Assembly: GCA_951406725.2 (NCBI GenBank)
Contig: OX597817.1
Span: 71,486,001-71,550,000, forward strand
Source: Octopus vulgaris
Lineage: Eukaryota
Length of the DNA stretch: 64,000 nt
Direction: 5' to 3'
A program made the position numbers and the translations under genes. Below are positions 13,640-26,985 of this stretch, one piece after another. Every line of letters begins with the position of its first letter. Positions within the stretch are counted from its first letter, which is position 1. Below the pieces are notes generated by a model, which worked only from the letters and a program-made list of their open reading frames with translations, had not been told where the DNA came from and made no database searches.

Positions 13640-14180
13640 AGATCATCATTTAGTGTCCATTTTCCATGCCAGCATGGGTTAAGTGGCTTGACTGGAACTG
13701 GTAAGCCAGAGAGCTGTACCAGGTTCCAGTCTGATTTCGGCTTTGTTTCTATGCTGGATACCCTTCCTAATGCCAGCTAATCTAAGAATGTAGTGGGTCT
13801 CTTTTACAGGTCATCAACACTAGCTACAACTACGGTTTCACTTGGCTTGATGAGTCTTCTGAAGCTCAGCAAATTACCAAAGGTCTTGATCACTTGTCAT
13901 TACCTCCATGAGACCTAACATTTGAAAATCACGCTTCACCGCCTCATCCCATGTCTTCCTAGGTTCCCACCACAGTTAGAGATCAGCACTCCTTCACACA
14001 ACTGTCCTTGTTCATACACATTACATGACTATACCAGCATGGTTATATCTTTTGCACAACAGATCTGATGCTTCTTATCCCCAAATTTTCTCTCAAGACG
14101 TTTACATTCTGTTGTACATGCATGCTACACTGCCATATAGCATGGCTGTTTGTACACAGGCATCATACACTCTGCCTACT
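13640..14180 (-). mobile_element. RTE 3' fragment
   Basis: Reverse complement of the RTE tail and of the RKTWDEAVK and WYSHV region. Confidence 0.8.
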
Positions 14181-17100
14181 ACTTACACATCATATTATTC
14201 ATATATTATATATATACAGAGGGAATTTTTTACCACTATGTGGAAACCCTAATGCTAGAAGATCCGCTATGGTCTTAACCACTAAGAGTTGTTCTCTAGA
14301 AAATTTAGCAAGCACCAGAAACGTAAGCGAGCAAGACAAATGAAAAGTAACAAAAATATAGATTAATCATAAACAATTGTTTCACTATCAACAAATTACA
14401 TAATTTTACTTACACAATTTATCTGTAGATCTTCAGAATGATCGTCTATACAAAATATAATTTGCAGAACTTCACGCCAGACATCAACACGAGGTCGAAA
14501 ATGCATGCAGTTCTACCTATTACATTTGTGGTTATTTTCAAAAGTCTTCGTTTAGGCACACTGTATATATATATATTCCACAGTTTCATAATACAAAACT
14601 GCTGTAATCATAGGTCTTTGTTTCTATCATATAAAGATCCTTGAATTTTTATGGAATTTTCAGCAATTACAAAAAGAATATAATTCCTTCAGACTTTTAT
14701 TTTTGACTCCCCATTACTTTGTATGTAACTAACTGTTTGTAGACATATGAAAATACATAAACACACATGTATATCTATAAACTATAGCACACATGTGTAT
14801 ATATGAACATACACAAACATGCTGAAACAAAAGTGTAAAAAGAAAGTACATAAATATATATCTACATATATATGTATACACAAACATAGACCTATATTTG
14901 TGATGCATATATATTCCTATATGTAATTATGGTTGTATGATGTATACGCTGTAACTTTTAATGGCATATTTTCATAGAAAAAATTTTTGGATTTGCTTTG
15001 AACATAAAACCTAAATCTGAAAAAAAACTTTTTTTTTTTTTTAAATTCTCTGCTAAGATTTTTGTCAAAAGGTTACAAAAATATAATTTTACAATTATTG
15101 AATATATACAACTTCAGTTATTTATATATATTGAACATATACAACTTCAGTTATATAGTACAGGTATTTTGCTCTTAAATTAAAAAAAAAAAAGATCTTT
15201 TATAAAGAGAAATAAAAAACCCAGACTTCTTTTCTAAAAAAATGTATAATAAACAGATACAGAGATGGAGTGAGCCTGATCTTCTACAGTTGATAGTACA
15301 CTCCAAAACAGATGAGAAGAAATTGAAAAACATTTTTGTCAGCTTCATAAAATCCTACGTTTAAAATACATAATTTAGGAGAGAGAAAAAAAAAGCTGGT
15401 ATTTGAACTTTAGAATAAAAAGGTGGTGTGAGATAGGATATTAAAATTGAAAAAGAAAATATTTTCAAAATGTTTTCTTTTCCCTCCAAAACGAAAAAAA
15501 AAATTATAATGGGAGTTGCTTAGGAAACTGATTTTATATACCCCAGCTAAATTCATATTCAAGATGTGTAATTTGTTTAATACCATGAATTGTTCATCAC
15601 TGTTGGCTTAATCCAAATTGCTTGAATATATAATAATAGTTTTGCTATAGCCACTGATTTCTAAAATCATGAAGTCAGATATTTTTTTTCAGTGTCTAGA
15701 AATTTTATCTAAGACTGCATGAAATTTTTCACGTAGATATATCTTCTCTGAATATGCAATGATTTTATTAAGTTCTGTGGAGAGAAATATGCTGGAAAAA
15801 TCATGAGATGTTTTATACTCCACTTGGATGTTTTTTAGATACATAGGTACGCACATATGTACATACATGGGCAACATATACAATTGACAGAGTACAATAC
15901 TAGAAACATTGGAATAGACACAAAACTAAAGAGTTAACCATTGTAAGTGTCTACAGGTCATCATCATCATTTTACATCCACTTTCTACATTAGCATGGAT
16001 TGAACAGTTTGACAGGATCCAGCAGGTCAGAGGACCAGATAATTTTTGGCATGGTTATTATGGCTGGATGCCTTTGCTAATAATGCTAACCACTTTACAT
16101 ACCACTGGATGCAATCTTTCATAGCACCAGCACAATACAAGTTGCCTTACCATCAGTTAGACTACAGTACTCTTTTAAGATTTGTACTGTCACTGTTTCA
16201 TTCGATTTACTAACTACTCACAGATAATATGGCTCAAGACAAAAAGAGATCCTCATGATGGATGGCATAAATTTATTGCTTTTTAGAGGATTGTCTTTAA
16301 TCCTGTTTCAGTCATTTGAAGGATTTAGCAAAATAAATTGACTCTAGTACTAATTTAAGTCTGGTACTTATTTTCTGCTGTTAGTTTATATCTGTTTTAC
16401 TTTGCTGAACTGCAAAGAAAAGGGACATAAACTAACAGCAGTTGCTAAGCAATGGTGATGGTTGGGACAAATACATTCTTTTACACGTTTCAGTCATTTG
16501 ACTGTGGCCATACTGAAACATCATCTTAAAGGGTTTTAGTTGAAGAAATTGACTCTAGGACTTATTCTTTGTAAGCCTAGTACTTATTTTATCAGCCTCT
16601 TTTGCCGAACTACTAAGTTATGAGGGATATAAAAACACCACTAGCCTAAGATGCTATGCAGAGGTACTGAACCTCGAACCTTGTGGTTAGGAAACAAACT
16701 TCTTACCACACATAGGCTTCTACACAATTTTGTCTGCCACAGTCACTTACAAGTCACTGGTCAGCCCAGGGCTCTAGTAGCAAACATTTGCCAAAGATGT
16801 TTGTGCAGTGGGAATGCACATAGATGCAAAGTGTGTGTGGTTTGACAGCACAACCATGCCTACAACTATGGTAGTAAAGAGAAAAACAGAAGGAATACTG
16901 ATAGGTGTAATGAAGGCAGAAGGCAGAGGAAGAATAAAAATTTTTAAAAAACTCTTTTTAAAAGAAATTCTTTTCCAATTTATTTTGCTGAATTACAAGA
17001 TAAATATACAAGAAAAACTAAAACCCATAAATAGAGAAAAATAATGCACAGTAAAAATGCTAACAATGAATGGACAGATATTCAACATAAGCACACCAAT

Positions 17101-17837
17101 TATCCAGCTGTAATTTTTTTTACATTTTTCTCAACAATTTCTTTGGTTTACTAAGTTTTCAACATGAAAGACTACGATTCTGAAAAAAAAAATATTTTTC
17201 TGTAATTTGAGTTTTTGTAATTTTTGCTCCCCACTTAATTTTTGAATCTTTTCTTTGAATTTTCTTTTTCTATTTCCAATACGAAAAAAAACAAAAACAA
17301 AGATCACCATAATTCTGCAATAAGACGGGTTTTCTACCCTCAAAATTTCAGAGACAAAGTGCAAATGACAGAGCTAACTACACACTCCCAATTTGGGCAA
17401 AGGTTTCTCACAGTAAAAACAAAGTTGGCAACATTGCAAAACAGCTTTGGTGATTGTCTTTCATGACAACACTGAGAAAAGAGGATTCTTTCAGTAGGTA
17501 CCAAATTGAACTTCTGAGACATTGGAAGCCACTATCATTTATCTTTTACAGTCATTGGACTGTGGCCAAGCCGGAGCACTGTTTAGTCAAACAAATCAAC
17601 ACTAATTCATATTTATTTTTTAAGCATAGTACTTATTCTATTTGGTCTCTTTCACTGGACCACTAATTGATGATAATGTAAACAAACTAAAACTAGTTGT
17701 CAAGTGGTAGCGAGGTGCACGAGCATATCTATGGCAGGCTTCTACACAGTTTTCATTTACTAAATCACATTGGTCAGCCCAAGGATATAGTTGAAGATAC
17801 TTGCCCATGGTGATGTGAAGGGGGACTAAACCAGAAG

Positions 17838-18466
17838 CAAGGTTGCAAAGTGAGCTTCGTTTTGGGTGTAGATCAAAAGATGGATTAAATACGTGACTCA
17901 AGCAGTAGATGAGATGATCCATGTAAAAGTGATGTATAGAGTCATATAGCGTGTCCAGACCCAGGAAAACCTGGGACGAGGTGGTGAAGCACGACCTTCG
18001 GACGTTAGGTCTCACCATGGAAATGACTAGAGACCGAGACCTATGGAAGTATGCTGTGCGTGAGAAGACCCGGCAAGACTAGTGAAGCCATAACCCGTGG
18101 CCCCTACCTGGGACGTAGTCAGTCCACCTGTGCATACCTTCCTTCTTGTGACAAGGTTGCAAAGTGAGCTTCGTTTTGGGTGTAGATCAAAAGATGGATT
18201 AAATACGTGACTCAAGCAGTAAGATGAGATGATCCATGTAAAAGTGATGTATAGAGTCATATAGCGTGTCCAGACCCAGGAAAACCTGGGACGAGGTGGT
18301 GAAGCACGACCTTCGGACGTTAGGTCTCACCATGGAAATGACTAGAGACCGAGACCTATGGAAGTATGCTGTGCGTGAGAAGACCCGGCAAGACTAGTGA
18401 AGCCATAACCCGTGGCCCCTACCTGGGACGTAGTCAGTCCACCTGTGCATACCTTCCTTCTTGTGA
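17838..18466. repeat. Near-perfect ~314-bp tandem duplication spanning the 5' junction of an RTE insertion
   Basis: 17838-18151 and 18152-18466 are identical by eye except a 1-bp indel (GTAGATG vs GTAAGATG). Confidence 0.95.
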
Positions 18467-19008
18467 CACTTGTGAAGACCTGTTGAGGCAAGTGAGAATC
18501 AAATCAAATCAAATCAAACCAAATCAAAATAGATGAACATCAATGGAATTTGTATCCTTGTGGTACCAGTGCTGGTGGGCACATAAGAAAACCATCCGAA
18601 CGTGACCGTAGCCAGTACCGCATCGACTGGCCTCCGTGCTGAGGGCACGTAACAAACACCATCCGAGCGTGGTCGTTCGCCAGCCTCGTCTGGCACCTGT
18701 GTCGGTGGCACATAAGAAAACACCATCCGAGCGTGGCCGTCTGCCAGCCTCGTCTGGCACCTGTGTCGGTGGCACATAAAAAACACCATCCGAGCATGGC
18801 CGTCTGCCAGCCTCGTCTGGCACCTGTGTCGGTGGCACATAAAATCACCCACTACACTCTCGGAGTGGTTGGCGTTAGGAAGGGCATCCAGCTGTAGAAA
18901 CACTGCCAGATCTGACTGGCCTGGTGCAGCCTTCGGGCTTGCCAGACCCCAGTTGAACCGTCCAACCCATGCTAGCATGGAAAGCGGACGTTAAACGATG
19001 ATGATGAT
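18270..19008 (+). mobile_element. Young 5'-truncated RTE with ~62-bp tandem repeats in its 3' UTR
   Basis: RPRKTWDEVVKHDLRTLGL; CpG-rich; three repeats of CACCATCCGAGC.TGG..GT..GCCAGCCTCGTCTGGCACCTGTGTCGGTGGCACATAA; (GAT)n tail. Confidence 0.9.
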
Positions 19009-19265
19009 GTCTAATTTTTTTTTTTTTGCAAATATTATTTGGTTCTGGTTGCACACAAACATGGAAAAGAAAAAAGAAAACCACAAACAAAATTTTAAAA
19101 TGAGGAACGGCAAAAATTTTTAAATTGATTAAAAAATTCCTAGGATTGTAATTCATGTTGAAAACACAGTTTAAAAAAAAAAAGATTGATAAAACAATTA
19201 CAGCGGGTTAAATGGTGTACTGAATCCGAAACTATGCCGCTGAATGTTATTACATATAGATTCAG

Positions 19266-20095
19266 ATCCAGAAGTCGACAACTACCGGAAACAGCCGAAC
19301 AATGTCAACGTTCACATACGAAGCAAAGCGGGAAGATTTCATATGAAATAGCACTCCAAACACCATAAGTAATAATTTTTAACGTTGGAAGGCTTTTACA
19401 ACTTTATGGAGAAGGGAGAAAGTACATGACTGGCTTTCTATTTTAATGACCCCGTTTTGCAATGGTACAAAACAAAAACAAACGTACGGTCGGAGATTAT
19501 AAACAAGCGCAGCATAATGAAGATGTAGAGTAAAAAAGCCCAAGAAAAAGTTTTAAAAAAACATCCGATAAACAGATAAAGAGCGGCAGTGGAGTTAATT
19601 GGTGGAGAGAGAGAGAGAGAGCATTAAATATATTACTTACTTCCTGTTGGAACGAATTGTTCACAAGTCGCCAATGACAATGTTATTGGCGCAGACAATG
19701 AAGCAGACGACAGATAGTATTTTCATACTTTAACTTCATCGCTAAATGTTTACAAAAATTGTTTTCCTTAAAGATAAATTAACGTCTGCGAGTCACGGTA
19801 AGGTAAAATGTCTGACCGGAAGAAGAATTATTGCGCATGTGCGAAATCAAAACGAGGTTGCAACTCGATTTCTTTGACATACGGGAGAAATATTGTAATA
19901 ATGATTGTTTATATATTTTCTAAGAAGCAATAAGATATAAACTAATGACTAAAATCACAGATAAACTACCGGAAGTATTTATTCAAAAGGAAAATAAGGC
20001 TCAATGGAGAAAAGCAATCCTCTAGAGAAAATGAGAGTATATACATCGACCTATTTTTCTTAACAAACAACAGCCTCTGCCTTAGAAGTCGTTGG
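19266..20095 (-). promoter_or_regulatory. Paralogous promoter/non-coding first-exon cassette, copy 2
   Basis: GCGCATGTGC 19833-19842, CCGGAAG 19816-19822, ATG at 19739, donor = rc of 19635-19640, intronic palindrome 19266-19289. Confidence 0.7.
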
Positions 20096-21329
20096 TTTCC
20101 CTGCCTTCAACTGTATTTCTACGCTGTAACCTACCCTTTCCCCAAGATTGACATTCAGGACTCTTAGCTAGATACGACACCCACAACCAATGTATATATT
20201 TTTGAAAGGAACATAAAAAACGAAATGACTGAGCATCACATGATTTCAGCGTTTTTATTTAGTATATTTGTAAGAAATTGGATACGAATTAATTTCATAA
20301 TTTATATCTCATTGCAGAATGTCTCCATCTAAATTTAATTGGATCTTTATTGGAAACTCATCTCATGTTTCAAAGAGCTTTTGAGTAATACAAAAACCCA
20401 CTAGGGAGCATGGCAAACTTCAAGCATGAACCAAGAAAGAACTTCTACATAGTCTTTTGACCTTTCAAATACAGGAACCAAATCCCTCTCAAATCACACC
20501 CTAGCATTTGAAAAGAAAAAGATGCATATAAGAAAAATGTACAACGGAAATGGAAAGGTTATGACTGAAATGTCTTATCATGGCTCTGCTGGATCACCAT
20601 CTTCAGAATAAACAGTAAAAACCAAGAGCTAGACTTAACAATAAAACATTCATGACCATTACTACCAAACATGGTACAACTTACCAAAACGAGAGGTTAT
20701 GAAAGCATCAAAGAAATGCAAATATTCAGACATTTATTGATGTTCAGTATTTTTACGCAATGACAGCGTTTATTTACTTAATCTTGCTAACATCAAGCAA
20801 CATGAAATAAGAAATTGAAAATACAAACAAGTTTAGTCATCTGAATTAGAAGCTAAACTCCAATTTTGGGTATAAATGTAAGAATAGAATTCCTAAAAGA
20901 TTATAGATTTATCTTTACACTAACTTAAATGTTGGTAATACGAAACCTTGCAAATCATAAGAAAATAAAGTGCTGCCTGCTACTATTACTTTCATTTAAA
21001 TGTACTGTGATCAATGAATGACTTTGAGGGACATCTGAAGAAACTATAAGTATAAAGCAATAAGTATAAGTATAAAGTAGAAAGCTTCTCAATATAAAAT
21101 TGGTATTAGAGACAAGATTATAGCTGCATGATTTCAAGCTCAATCTCACTGCACAGCATCTTGGGCAAATGCCAGCTTTAGACTGGTTAATGCTTTATAA
21201 GAGGAATTCAGAAGATGAAAACAGTAGAGAAGTCTGTCATATATACATGTATACTAGGTATTTGTGGACATAACTTTTAGATAACAATGTTATGTGACAT
21301 AAGCAGAAACTTTAACTTTCTTATTTCTC

Positions 21330-21990
21330 TTTCAGACACACCAACAGCAAGACCATAACACATTCCAGTCTGAAACAGGAAATGAAAAGGCATGTTGTGC
21401 TTGTAATTCTTGCCGCTAACCACAGTGCCTGGAGGTCATAAGCTTCTGGAAAAAGTTGGATGTATCATCTGTGGCCAAGAGGAAAATGCATATTCTGCAA
21501 CAGGACATCATCAGGATGATCAAGTTCAAACAGCAGATCTTTGAGATCATCAACAGCAAGCCAAATTTAGTGAAGACCACAGTCAAGGATCTCACTATCA
21601 GTTTGGTGCACAAAGGTATCAGGCATAAGTCCAGTATAATGAGGAAGGCCAGGTCATGTCTATTAAGACCAGATAACAATGTGATCCAGTGAAACTGCTC
21701 ATGAACAAGCTTAAACACTTCAAGAATCCCATTATGTTATGGTTCTTTATTGATGAAAAGGATTTTGATGAGGACCACAAGGTGAACAAGAATGACAACC
21801 AAAAGAATAGGTCTAGAAATGGTTCCATGTTTCCCAGCAAAACTCTTGTTTCCTCTCACATGATCTTTGCAACCCTGGATTGGCTGGCCAAGAATTTTCA
21901 TGATCATGTGATTCTAATCATGTACTAAATTAGTTCTCCTGATCTGAAACCTCAAGGTTACTACATCTGGGGGATTGCTAGGCAGGAGGC
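21330..21990 (+). mobile_element. Decayed maT/DD37D-like mariner fragment
   Basis: WFFIDEKDFDEDHKVNKND and SPDLKPQGYYIWG motifs. Confidence 0.7.
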
Positions 21991-22139
21991 CAAACGGCTT
22001 TACACCACTTATGGAGTAGTCATATCATTTATGTCCTGTATAAACAGAATACCAAGCAGTGCTTTGACAGGCAAAGACATGGAGATAGTGAGATGGTGAA
22101 ACTATTTGGCTTGAAGTGAGTTATATGTTTGTCACTCAA

Positions 22140-22860
22140 GCATTCCAAGAAAATATCGTAACCTATGTATCATGAACTGCTACAAGAGTAAAGCATTAGA
22201 AAGAAGAAACTATGGAAAAGCTATAAAATTAATGGAAGTGCTCCTGATTAAAAAGAAAATTAGCCTAGATGAGATGCAGTTTGGTTTTGTTACAGGACAA
22301 GATACCAATGCCTCTGTACTCTGGTGGTCATTAAAAGAAACTTGTGATAGCTAAATGGTTTGTGAAGGCCATGTAAAGCATGCATAGTGATGCTGTTAGG
22401 ATGCTGTTAGGAAAGTGTCAATTAACTAAATATTAGGTGAAGAAGTTAACAGATTGGTGTCCATCAGAACTCAATTATCAACTCTCTTTTGAGTTGATGA
22501 ATGGTTTCCTGTGGGAATTCTAGTGTGCTGATGTTTTAGCTCTTATAAGATGATGATGGTGAGAAAAAAATTCTACATCTGAAAGCAAAATCTAGAATTC
22601 AGAGGCTTTAAAGTGAATTTAGCAAAGACAACATTTCTAGTAAACATAAAAGGCAGAACTCTATTGTTTTGGGAAAGTGGCCAAGCATACTATTTAGAGG
22701 AATAGAAATAAATTCTTTAGGATGTATCAAATGTCAACTAAGGACACACAAAAGAGCCACAGGCAAGCTAACAGGAGAATTAAACCTTGTATGAGGCATT
22801 TAAATAGGAACAGTTATCAGTTAAAGTACATGTGAAACAGATTATTCATTCAAATGTTTA
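22140..22860 (+). mobile_element. Highly decayed RTE RT fragment
   Basis: ISLDEMQFGFVTG, GVHQ, PVGIL.CAD and remnants of the PHD region. Confidence 0.65.
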
Positions 22861-23189
22861 GAAATCTGTCCAAGGATAATAGAGAGTGAATGATAGCTAT
22901 TGATAGAAATTATGTCAAGAGAGTATGATTGATGTTAATAATAAGTGACCAAACGATGAGAGCAGTTAGTAGTATAGAAGTGGTAAAGTTAGCTGCTTAG
23001 AAAGAGCATGAGTAATGGATGGCAAAGATGGTGATAGAGAGTGCTGGATGTCAATAAAAGAATTACCTAGAGGAGAGGAAGTGACCACAAGCAGCATGAT
23101 GGTAAAAGGAGACGTGTATGAGAGACCAATTGATCTGGTGCAAATCTACACAAGCAAAAGTGAATGCATGTTTAATGCACTTTGCAATT

Positions 23190-23720
23190 TGCATGTTGAA
23201 TTCAAAGAGTAGCATACTTGTATAAAATTATGCTTGAAATTGCAAAAAACCTTTTATGGAGACTTTTCTTATGTTGCAGCAACCCTACAGGGAGGATTGT
23301 CTGAATTCTAAACAATGTCATAAGTAGTACCAGTGGGTTTCAAATCAAGAACATCCATTAGAAATGGTCAGAAATCTGGATGATATTTCTTCCAAAACAA
23401 AATATGATGATCACATTACCAAAGAGCAAGCAAATCTGTGAAAATTGTTTCCTGACAACCCATTAAATTTCCCAAGTAACAATGCAAATGTAATCATTTG
23501 TATCATAAATTTAAAAGAAAAATACAGCATGTTGCAACGGAATTTGAGCCACATTTGCTGACAGAAAAACAAAAAAAAAAAAATAGAAGAATGGGGATAC
23601 AATCAGGAGCATTTTAATTAATTAAATGCTGATGCAAACTATCTGAAAAATGTTTTTAACAGGTGAAAAAATGTAAATGCACAGCTACAATGTTGAAACA
23701 AATATTGTCATAGTGGTATG
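23190..23720 (+). mobile_element. Mariner (DD34D-type) N-terminal fragment
   Basis: FKE*HTCIKLCLKLQK..ET resembles EQRVCIKFCFKLGKTFTET, followed by HTH-like remnants. Confidence 0.5.
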
Positions 23721-24887
23721 GACCATCATGTCCATGACCAAAACAAAGAACATCAATGGTTATATTTTCCTGGACTACATGGTTGGCTGACTATGAGTGA
23801 TCAACACATGACTTTCTTAGAACCCCAAAATTTAAAATTTGATAGTCTTTTTTCTAGTGGAAGGGAGTTGTTCCTTGTGTGTTTGTTCCATATGGTCAGA
23901 TAATCAATAATTCCAATGGTCTGAGGCAATAGGCAAACAGAGTGCTCCACCACCAAACAACTGCTCAAGCATCACTACCTATCAGAGAATTTTTGGTAAA
24001 GCTCATGTTTACTCTTCAGATAAGTCCCTTTTCCCAGTTTTATTTCCAAAGTTGAAGTCCATCCTAAAAGGTAGCAATTCTTCTTTTGTCACTTGTTGGG
24101 TCTAGAATGAAAAGCAGAGCCCATGACTTTTGAGGTTCCCCGAGACTTTGTGAAATTCATGTCCTTAATGTTCAGGTTAAACTGTTGCAGGTCAACACCT
24201 GCAGAAAAACCATGAGCATGTAGAAGATTCTAGAAGGCTTATGTTCTGAGGTTGAAGGATTGGGATCAGTGATTAATGTGAGAAAAAGGGTGGTTAGATG
24301 TACAAAGGGTACCAAGAGCTGGGGAGACAAGTGGGACAGTGGTACCTGAGTAGCAGAGGTAAGAGGCTGGCCAGAGCTGAAGAACAGAGACCATTATAGT
24401 TGTGATAGGTTAGAGAAGAAACAACATGCCTGTGGGCCAAATGCTGGAGTGTATCTATTTGCAAAGGAATGTCAATCAGCAGTGAGGCTCTTCTACAGGT
24501 ATGATCCAGGATGCCAGTGTTTGTAGCAGCACCATACCAATTTTGGGAGCAGTATTCTGTTGTGGGAATTACTTAAGCCTTGCAGAGTATCATATGTTGT
24601 TGGGGGCTAAAGAGAAGGGCTAGTTCTTGGGATGCTGTCCTAACTATGCTATGGATATGCTTTTTGCCAGGAATGATCTTCAGATATAGTGAGGCCTAAC
24701 ACTTGGGGAGATTGAGAAGGCTCAAGTTGAGTGCCACTCATAATTTAGAGAGATGGGGATGTAAACAAACCAAAATCAACTGTCAAGCAATAGTGAATAG
24801 GGCAACCACAAACACATATATACACATATTCACACAAGGATGCGTGTTAGGTTAAAAACTTCATCTCCAAATATATACTCTTAGCAT

Positions 24888-25400
24888 TATCATCATCATT
24901 TAACGTCCCTTTACCATGTTGGCATGGGTTGGACAGTTTGACAGGAGCTGGCCAGCCAGGTAGCTGTCCAAGCTCCAATTGTCTATTCTGGCAGCGTTTC
25001 TACAGCTGGATGCCTTTCCTAATGCCAACCATTTTACAGAGTGTGCTGGGTGCTTTTTACATGCCACTGGCACAAGTGCATTTTACATGGTACCAGCACC
25101 TGTGAAGGACAAGCCTGTATGGATGACAGTGATGTTACTTAGCTTGACGCATCTTCTCAAGTACAGCAAATCACCACAACTTCCAGTATCCTTGTCATTT
25201 CCTCACTAAGGCCCAGCATCTGAAGACCCTTTCTCACCATTTCGTCCCACATCTTCCTGGGTCTATCCCTTCCACAGGTTCCCTCCACAAGTAGAGATCA
25301 GCACTTCATTAAGCAGCTGTCCTCATCCATATGCATCACATGAACAAATCAGTGCCGTCTTCTCTCTTGCACACATCTGATGCTTCTTGTAACCAGTTTT
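24888..25400 (-). mobile_element. RTE 3' fragment
   Basis: Reverse complement of the RTE tail and the GTCGRDRPRKMWDE segment. Confidence 0.8.
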
Positions 25401-25559
25401 CCTCAATCTTTTTCGTTTGTACACACATTCACGTAAGCGTGTGTCTAAAATATTTCACGGAAAGGATGGACAAGATGTTACGAGGATGAAACGTACGTAA
25501 AAATCAACGCGAGGGGTGAGAAAAGATTGAAATTTTGAAATTGAAGACATTAAAAAAAA

Positions 25560-26300
25560 TTATTTTACGATTTGTCAAGAAAAAAAATCAATGTCGATAA
25601 AATAATTTGGCGAACCTTCGGTATATGTACCGGTGTAAGTACCGGATATATTTCAAAAAAGTGTTTTTCTTTTATATATGGGGGCGGGTTATGGTTAGGG
25701 TTTGTGTTAGGGGTGAGAGAAAAGGGTTTCTGTTATCTTCAGAAATGTAAACAAAGTCACGTGTGTACATACACCGAAGCATCACCAATAATTTTTAAAA
25801 ATTGGAATTCGGTAATTCGCTAAGCTAAATATATCCACATACTTATTTTCAGTTACTGCAAAATAAGATCCAGAAGTCGACGGCTTCCGGAGATACCCAA
25901 ACAAAGTCATTTAAGTTTACGATGAGCAAAGTGGAAGAGTTTCGTAGGAAATTACACAACATCGACGATATTAGGTTCATTAGCCAATAAAAAAAAAACT
26001 TCCATCTCTATTTTGGAGAAAATTTTTTTAAATTCTTTTACGATTTATCAAATAAAGAAAAAAAAATCAATGTAGATAAAATAATTTTTTAAAATTGGAA
26101 TTCAGTAATTCGCAAAGGTAAATATATCCGAATATTGTCTAACTTTCAGTTACTGCAAAATAAGAATCAGAAGTCGACGACTTCCGGAGATACCCGAACA
26201 GGTCACATGAGTTTACGATGAGCAAAGTGGAAGGGTTTCGTAGGAAATGACACATCGACGATATTAGTTCATTAGCCAATAAAAAATTTCCATCTTTAAT
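25560..26300. repeat. Diverged tandem duplication of the intronic module of cassette 3
   Basis: 25560-26010 (interrupted by the MITE) aligns with 26035-26300; both contain CAGAAGTCGACG.CTTCCGGAGATACCC and CATCGACGATATTAG.TTCATTAGCCAATAAAA. Confidence 0.85.
25609..25786. mobile_element. 178-bp MITE with 8-bp TSD
   Basis: TIRs GGCGAACCTTCGGTATATGTAC / GTACATACACCGAAGCATCACC; TSD AATAATTT at 25601-25608 and 25787-25794; the empty site is visible in the duplicate at ~26080. Confidence 0.85.
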
Positions 26301-26985
26301 TTAGACACAAAAGATTGCTCACTTGTTTGGAACTTCGGTGATCAATTTATGTAAGGTTGCTTGTTTTGTTTTAATAAAATAAAAAAAAAGACACATATAG
26401 GTCAAAGGTGTAAGAAAAAAACAATCATTATAAACGCGAAGAATATGTTATAAAAATAATCTGACAGAGATACGAAGAGACAGAATTGAGCCAATTAGTA
26501 AATTCGAGAGAGTGGAGAAACGAAACATTACTTACTTCCTGTTGCCAATGGCTTGTTTATAAGATGACGTCGAGAACGTTGTTGATGCAGACGATCGAAC
26601 AGACGGCAGATAATGTTTTCTTACTTTGACTCCATCACCGAATATATATATATATATTTATATATATGTTTAATTTGTTTATCTTAGAAGTAAGTTACCG
26701 TACATATGTGTCAGGCGAGAAAATGTCTGACCGGAAGAGGAATTAAAGCGCATGTGTAAAATGAAAACGAGGCTGGTCATTGATTCGTTGAGTGACAAGG
26801 AAAATATTATAATGAGTAATTGTATATTTCCTGTGAAGAAATGACAGCAAACGTGTAGAAAACGGTATTTATTTTAAACGACCAATAGAAAAAATACTTC
26901 TTAGAAAAAAGCTTTAGCCGACCTATTTTTCTCTCTGTCAACAATGTTTATCCGATCGATCGGATTACATGTCATATCGCCACCA
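26166..26985 (-). promoter_or_regulatory. Paralogous promoter/non-coding first-exon cassette, copy 3
   Basis: GCGCATGTG 26748-26756, CCGGAAG 26731-26737, uORF ATG at 26635 (MESK*), donor = rc of 26530-26535, intronic palindrome 26166-26188. Confidence 0.7.

Noticed and set aside
18590-18845. Regularly spaced ~62-bp repeats resembling a CRISPR array
   Set aside because: They are tandem repeats without unique spacers inside an RTE 3' UTR, in eukaryotic DNA with no cas genes.
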